NCBI GenBank assembly: GCA_963724295.1 | Contig: CAVRUC010000005.1 | Location: 64,001-128,000 of the forward strand | Origin: an uncultured Chloroflexia bacterium | GTDB taxonomy: Bacteria > Chloroflexota > Chloroflexia > Thermomicrobiales > UBA6265 | Direction of reading: 5' to 3' | Length of the DNA: 64,000 nt | In this document: in pieces, positions 61,890 through 64,000 of the stretch | How positions within the stretch are numbered: position 1 is the first letter of the stretch | How the letters are laid out: every line of letters starts with the position of its first letter | Program-made: the position numbers and the translations under genes | The notes under the pieces: generated by a model | Database searches by the model: none | The model's input: only the letters and a program-made list of their open reading frames with translations | What the model was told of the DNA's origin: nothing

Positions 61890-63107
61890 CTACTGGTAGA
61901 TGATCACGTCAGGAGCCGGGACGAGAGCCAGGATATCCTGCGGCGTCATCAACGGCACGTCCTGTCCGTAAAAGAGCTTGACCCCCGCGAATTCGACAGG
62001 CTCGTCGCGCACTAGGAAGTTATAGACCGCCGTCTTAAGCTCCGGCGCGCCGTAACCGTCGGCGTCGATCACAAGTTGCACCCCGGGAAGCGGAGCGAGT
62101 TGGTCCTTGCCGCGAATCATGTCCTCTCTGAACTGGTGGATGATCAGCATTTTGGGTGGTATCCCGTTCGCCGCCGAAATCTCGGCGAGTACCCTCTGCG
62201 CGTAGGAGATGCTCTCCGCATCGATCGAGCCGATGTACTCGCCCGGTATCTCTCCTTCGGCCACCGCAAATTCCGGATCGATGGCCAGATGGACGTTTGG
62301 CCGCGCCAGCAGCTCGCGCACCTTTTCGATCTCGGCGGCGACGGTGCCCCGTCCGACCTGGAGATCGAGGACGACCACCATTCCGTTCTCGGCGGCGAAA
62401 TCAATGTATTCAGTCAACGTCTTGGTGTCGGTGTCGAGGATGTAGGTTCCGTCTGACCCCGGCACCCGCTGCGCGACCGTCGCGATGATTTCCAGCGCCG
62501 GAATCACCGGTCGCGATGGGTCGGCGGCGGCGTAGTTCGCGGCCTCCTCGCGCAAAATGCTGGTAAGTTGCTCGATGTCGTGCTCGCCGACGATTCCCAT
62601 TCCCGGGTCGTGAGGATGCCCGTAGAACGTGACGATCCTGTAGTCAGGCAACAGCGGAGCATCGAGGGGAGCGCTCACCACCGGCGCGGCGAGGTCAGCC
62701 GACAGATCCGGAGCGCGGGCGAATTCTGGCGCCGGCTGGGCCGCAATGCCCTGGTCGCCGGTCTCCGGCGCCAACGCCGCCGCTGCGGTCGGCGCTGGCG
62801 CGCTGACAGGCGCAGCGACGTTTGTGGGGTCGCTCACAGCGGGAGCTGGAGCTGGCTGTGTCAGCGTCTGGGTGGGATCGGGCGCGGTGAACAGCGAGCG
62901 GTTTCCGCCGAGGAGCGCCGCGCTGGCCGCGGCAATCGAGACGATGACCAGAATCACGGTGCTCACCGTGCGCCCGGTGGGAATCCAGCCCGGCAGTCGG
63001 TACGCTGCCCGAGGTGGCTCGGCCGGTGGATCGGCGGCCAGCCATTCTGAAGAGAACGGCCGCGGGCCGTCCGGTCGTCCCGAGCGCACCGCCATGCGTC
63101 CGGGCAT
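61890..63107 (-). CDS. Membrane-anchored hypothetical protein with Pro/Ala linker and conserved-looking C-terminal alpha/beta domain
   Basis: TM helix, PAPAP linker, FYGHP, LDLQVG, HLAIDPEF, IHQF, DADGYG; start uncertain. Confidence 0.75.
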   Translation of the reverse strand: MPGRMAVRSGRPDGPRPFSSEWLAADPPAEPPRAAYRLPGWIPTGRTVSTVILVIVSIAAASAALLGGNRSLFTAPDPTQTLTQPAPAPAVSDPTNVAAPVSAPAPTAAAALAPETGDQGIAAQPAPEFARAPDLSADLAAPVVSAPLDAPLLPDYRIVTFYGHPHDPGMGIVGEHDIEQLTSILREEAANYAAADPSRPVIPALEIIATVAQRVPGSDGTYILDTDTKTLTEYIDFAAENGMVVVLDLQVGRGTVAAEIEKVRELLARPNVHLAIDPEFAVAEGEIPGEYIGSIDAESISYAQRVLAEISAANGIPPKMLIIHQFREDMIRGKDQLAPLPGVQLVIDADGYGAPELKTAVYNFLVRDEPVEFAGVKLFYGQDVPLMTPQDILALVPAPDVIIYQ

Positions 63108-63390
63108 CAGACCCGCCCCGGGCGTGTCTGGGATGCGGACGAAGCCGAAACGAAAGTGAGGCCTTCTGTATTTGCGGGGCTGTCGAGCATTCGGGTCTAG
63201 CCCTTCCCAGGCGGTGATGCTCGCGCGGATCGTACAGCGAACCCGAACCCGCTTGCCAACTGGGCAATGCCGGGATGCCATCGTGGTGTTTTCACTCGCA
63301 AGATGCCAGATCGTGAACCGCGCGGCAAGTCGATTCGATGAACAATGAGAGATCGGCACTAACTCGCGTCGTAACCCGGGTGTGAAATTG

Positions 63391-64000
63391 ATGAGTCGGG
63401 CTTGGGACTACAAGCGAGCGATCGCGGAGCTCTGGCGGCGCTCGAGCTACGAACGCGGCCTCATCAGTGATCCGTTCGGAGACTCCGCGCGGGCCGAACG
63501 AGGTCTGGAGCGGATGCGAAAGCTGCTGGCGGCACTGGGAAATCCCCAAGTGAACCTCCCCGCCGTCCACATCGCCGGCTCCAAGGGCAAGGGTTCGACG
63601 GGTGCGTTCATCGCTTCGGCGGCGACAGCGGCCGGTCACCGCGTCGGGTTCTACACGTCGCCGCATCTGCACCGATTTCCAGAACGGCTGACCGTCGACG
63701 GTCAACCGCTGCCCGACGATGCGTTCGCCGTTGAGGCGCAGGCAGTGGCCGCCGCGGCGACGCGTCTGGAGGCATCCCAGCCGGACCTGGGGCAGGTGTC
63801 GACCTTTGAGATGCTCACCGCAATGGCGCTCGCCGCGTTCACGCGGCGCGGTTGCCAGCTTGCGGTCATCGAGGTCGGTCTCGGCGGCCGCTACGATTCG
63901 ACCAACGTGATCGATCCAATCGTCTCCGTCATCACCCGCATCGACCTCGAGCACACCGCGGTGCTCGGACCAACATACGCTGACATTGCCTGGCAAAAGG
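63391..64000 (+). CDS. folC: Folylpolyglutamate synthase/dihydrofolate synthase (5' part, runs off window; absent from ORF track)
   Basis: Translated from ATG 63391: HIAGSKGKGST, YTSPHL, EVGLGGRYDSTNV, DLEHTAVLG. Confidence 0.93.
   Translation, partial: MSRAWDYKRAIAELWRRSSYERGLISDPFGDSARAERGLERMRKLLAALGNPQVNLPAVHIAGSKGKGSTGAFIASAATAAGHRVGFYTSPHLHRFPERLTVDGQPLPDDAFAVEAQAVAAAATRLEASQPDLGQVSTFEMLTAMALAAFTRRGCQLAVIEVGLGGRYDSTNVIDPIVSVITRIDLEHTAVLGPTYADIAWQK

Noticed and set aside
63125..63160. Hammerhead-like motif (CTGGGATG-CGG..CCG-AAAC)
   Set aside because: CUGANGA core not matched and no convincing stems I/III.

Overview
High-GC (roughly 65% by eye), gene-dense bacterial chromosome segment. 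Gene content and protein style suggest Chloroflexota, probably Thermomicrobiales; this is an inference. About 52 CDS: housekeeping genes (gdhA-like, gatB, cca, thiL, a HelY-like helicase, tsaE/tsaB/rimI/tsaD, suhB-like, a c-di-AMP receptor, ppc, partial folC), a stand-alone nuoG-nuoI pair followed by an aldehyde dehydrogenase and a GAF/HisKA_2 kinase, many secreted or surface proteins, and a GT2-flippase-methyltransferase envelope cluster. No rRNA, tRNA, CRISPR array, integrase or transposase was seen. The most interesting feature is a ~12.5 kb minus-strand catabolic locus (49249-61808): 1,5-anhydrofructose reductase-like enzyme, family I CoA-transferase, two GMC oxidoreductases, enoyl-CoA hydratase, GH88 unsaturated-uronyl hydrolase and a sugar ABC importer. 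Together these suggest an uncharacterised CoA-dependent route that opens anhydro-sugar or glycoside rings. Seven genes carry eight single-base frameshifts in total, mostly at short G/C runs, most likely long-read consensus errors.
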